A DNA stretch of 63,516 nt, the filler included, from Asterionella formosa (lineage: Eukaryota): assembly GCA_002256025.1 (NCBI GenBank). It is 16 parts of 16 records of this genome, joined end to end, with 100 filler letters (N's around TTAATTAATTAA, not from the genome) between each part and the next. Parts side by side here need not be neighbours in the genome. Positions count along the whole stretch, not along the records: positions 60,287 to 61,296 come from NKIB01005000.1; positions 61,397 to 62,406 come from NKIB01005001.1; positions 62,507 to 63,516 come from NKIB01005002.1; 13 more parts are not named here. One strand, given 5' to 3'. Position numbers and translations under genes: made by a program. The number at the start of each line of letters is the position of its first letter. The stretch's first letter is position 1. Shown one piece after another: positions 60,287-63,516 of this stretch. Below the pieces are notes generated by a model that had not been told where the DNA came from, did not search any database, and worked only from the letters and a program-made list of their open reading frames with translations.

Positions 60287-61296
60287 CAACAATTTGGAAA
60301 CTTTGCTCCACCACTGGCTCCACCGCCTCCTCCACCGCAACAGCAGTATGGAGAACAGTCCGGAACAGGTCAGTCAATGTCTCCTGCTCCGACCCCACAA
60401 ATGCAACCTCAACAGCCAGCATTTGCGACTTCTCAAGAAACACAACAACAGTCTGCAATTGCTACTAATGTCGATAGTAACCATGGCCAAATCACGATGG
60501 GGCCTCCACAGCACCATCATTCTTCAGCTCAAATGCCCCTAGGGCACCCTGAGCCGCAAGGGGCAGGATGGGCGGGTGATGGCAGCGGGAGAGCTAGCGT
60601 TATTGAAGATGCTTTCGCCAATATGTCTACCGAACTTGACAACACAAATGTCGACGACCCACCTGTTCCTCCTACTGCGCCAAAACAGCAAGTTTCCAAA
60701 TACCGGTCTGGCGAAACAGTCGTTTACAGAAACAGCAGTGGTGAGGCATTTACCTGTACAATTCTTAAGGTTCATTTTGATCATGAATTGGATCCATTTT
60801 ACACCATTACCCTTCCGGACGGGCGAGAAAAGCAGACTGACGATGGTCATTTAACACTTGGTGACAGTAGTGTTTCTTCGCAAATTGTTGATATGCTTCC
60901 AGAATTCTCTCCGCAACAGTTGCAAGATATCCTGGCCTTCATGACAAAAATCAAGGATGTTCCGCAGGCTAATGAATCTTCGGGCACGAGACCAACTGGA
61001 ATACCTTCGACGATGAATGGAGTGCCAGATCGCATGCCGGACGTAGGTCATCCTCCCGCTCCAAGTATGCTTCCTGTCCCACCTCCTTTGCCACCGATTG
61101 CAGACCAGCCTCCTGTGCAAAGCATGCCTTCTGTCCAAGCTCATAGTGACAACAATGGTATGGGAGGAGTTCCTAGCCCTACCCTAACCAACCAAGCTGG
61201 GCCACAGCACCAGATGTTGCAACATGGAGTCCCCCCTCCCCCTGTTTACCAGCCCCAGGCCCTCCAACAGATGTCTCACCAACAATTCAATCAGCA
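60287..61296 (+). CDS. Pro/Gln-rich protein fragment with a small SH3/Tudor-like beta domain (allele or copy A)
   Basis: Frame open across the contig; YRSGETVVY...ILKVHFDHELDPFYTITLPDGREKQT. Confidence 0.7.
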
Positions 61297-61396
61297 NNNN
61301 NNNNNNNNNNNNNNNNNNNNNNNNNNNNNNNNNNNNNNNNTTAATTAATTAANNNNNNNNNNNNNNNNNNNNNNNNNNNNNNNNNNNNNNNNNNNN

Positions 61397-62406
61397 CAAC
61401 AATTTGGAAACTTTGCTCCACCACTGGCTCCACCGCCTCCTCCACCGCAACAGCAGTATGGAGAACAGTCCGGAACAGGTCAGTCAATGTCTCCTGCTCC
61501 GACCCCACAAATGCAACCTCAACTGCCAGCATTTGCGACTTCTCAAGAAACACAACAAGATTCTGCATTTGCTACTAATGTCGATAGTAACCATGGCCAA
61601 ATCACGATGGGGCCTCCACAGCACCATCATTCTTCAGCTCAAATGCTCCTAGGGCACCCTGAGCCGCAAGGGGCAGGATGGGCGGGTGATGGCAGCGGGA
61701 GAGCAAGCGTTATTGAAGATGCTTTCGCCAATATGTCTACCGAACTTGACAACACAAATGTCGACGACCCACCTGCTCCTCCCACCGCGCCAAAACTGGA
61801 AGTTTCCAAATACCGGTCTGGCGAAACTGTCGTTTACAGAAACAGCAGTGGTGAGGTATTTACCTGTACAATTCTTAAGGTTCATTTTGATCATGAATTG
61901 GATCCATTTTACACCATTACCCTTCCGGACGGGCGAGAAAAGCAGACTGACGATGGCCATTTAACACTTGGTGACAGTAGTGTTTCTTCGCAAATTGTTG
62001 ATATGCTTCCAGGATTCTCTCCGCAACAGTTGCAAGATATCCTGGCCTTCATGACAAAAATCAAGGATGTTCCGCAGGCTAATGAATCTTCGGGCACGAG
62101 ACCAACTGGAATTCCTTCGACGATGAATGGAGTGCCAGATCGCATGCCGGACGTAGGTCATCCTCCCGCTCCAAGTATGCTTCCTGTCCCACCTTCTTTG
62201 CCACCGATTGCAGACCAGCCTCCTGTGCAAAGCATGCCTTCCGTCCAAGCTCATAGTGACAACAATGGTATGGGAGGATTTCCTAGCCCTACCCTAACCA
62301 ACCAAGCTGGGCCACAGCACCAGATGTTGCAACATGGAGTCCCCCCTCCCCCTGTTTACCAGCCCCAGGCCCTCCAACAGATGTCTCACCAACAATTCAA
62401 TCAGCA
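61397..62406 (+). CDS. Same Pro/Gln-rich protein fragment (allele or copy B)
   Basis: Same length and boundaries as 60287-61296; about 19 substitutions counted by eye. Confidence 0.7.
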
Positions 62407-62506
62407 NNNNNNNNNNNNNNNNNNNNNNNNNNNNNNNNNNNNNNNNNNNNTTAATTAATTAANNNNNNNNNNNNNNNNNNNNNNNNNNNNNNNNNNNNNN
62501 NNNNNN

Positions 62507-63305
62507 CAAGATCAGAATTCGAAAACAATCTGGAAAACCATAATTCTATTAAAACTTTTAGGAATGATTACAATCAATCTCTGTGACATTGTTGTTTATA
62601 TCTACAGCCTATCTGGTCCCTGACGTACCCTAAAAGGATACAAAAAAGCAATAGAAGGCTTCGTCGGGATGCAATTTAGTAGAATTACCGGTATCCGGCT
62701 TTGAAGTGCCGCAAGCCAAAAAAACAACATCAGGCAGACCATGGAGAGTCCAAAGTCAAGAATAGAGTGTACCAGACTTTTCAAAGTGTTAAGAAGTCTC
62801 ACAAGGTGCGAAATGAGTGGTAAAGGAAGGTTTACCAAGAAGGCTCATGCCAAAGGCAAGTTCCAAGCCAAGGGAGGGAGCAATAATGCTTCTCATACCA
62901 ACAAGAAGTCTATCAATGACTACAACTACTTCCTTTGATTGGCAAAGCAGGCATCTGACTATGAAACTACTGCAGATTACCTGATCTAATATATTAAGGA
63001 AGTTTTCGACTACAGTTGTATTTGAACCAATTAGGATTGAAGTCCTAACCAAGCTTGAAAGGCAACGTGCAATGGAAAGCCTAATTTTTTTGGTTGAAAC
63101 AAGAGACAAGAATATTAAAGGCAGAGCTTGTGCCAATGGCAGTTCTCAACAAGAATATATGGAAAGAGACTAGGCAGCTACTAGTCCCACCACCACCATG
63201 ACTGAATCTGTTATGATGATAACAGCAACAATTGACGCAAAACAAAGATGTGCGCAATATCATGATGGCAGATATATCCAATGTATTTGTGCAAGTGGAT
63301 ATCGA
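62507..63305 (+). mobile_element. Internally deleted Copia (family of 12824): LTR end, PBS, gag start joined to an RT N-terminal remnant
   Basis: LTR/PBS match; gag MSGKGRFTKK...NDYNYFL; from ~63015 VFEPIRI...RAMESLIFLVE...IKGRACANGS...DISNVFVQ. Confidence 0.85.
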
Positions 63306-63516
63306 GGGTGTTATGTTCTCTGTCACTTCCTGAAAATCACCTGTGAGCCTATCATCATATAATTATTTATACATGATTAGTCGAAAATATTTGACTTTGT
63401 ATCTATTGCATTTAGCTAGAATCATCATGCTACCTGAGGTACCAGATTAGAATAATTATTTTAAGTGAAATATTTAATTATGCATCATACTTTGATACAT
63501 AGACTGACTACTGGTA

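Overview
Eukaryotic nuclear DNA, most likely a diatom. The evidence is short GT-AG introns, bipartite plastid-targeting peptides, diatom-type Copia/Gypsy elements and diatom-typical protein families. The window is not contiguous: 16 contigs (three of ~16.3 kb, thirteen of ~1.01 kb) are joined by 15 artificial 100-nt linkers (N44-TTAATTAATTAA-N44), so adjacency across linkers has no meaning. Contig 1 (1-16306) is TE-rich. It holds a frameshifted Crypton-type tyrosine recombinase, a non-autonomous Gypsy element with LTRs and TSD, an unclassified inverted-repeat element with a ~190-nt strand-specific rod-like hairpin, an armadillo-repeat gene with a hypervariable binding face, a DnaJ-X pseudogene and a decayed Copia. 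Contig 2 has satellite-like arrays followed by MgtE, Tom70, a lumenal cyclophilin, a sulfotransferase and CstF77. The third long contig has a two-pore K+ channel, a JmjC oxygenase, a zf-GRF calpain, a plastid-targeted SbcD-SbcC (Mre11-Rad50) fusion, a pogo-like remnant and a second copy of the hairpin element end. The small contigs carry tRNA-Gly, TE fragments, a WW-repeat gene, YjbQ and a haplotype pair. Best candidates for novelty: (1) the hairpin element with five regularly spaced CGAG/CGAG tandem G.A motifs; (2) the hypervariable ARM array; (3) intergenic CCAGGTA/GGTACC clusters that coincide with TE insertion sites. All calls were made by eye, with no database searches.
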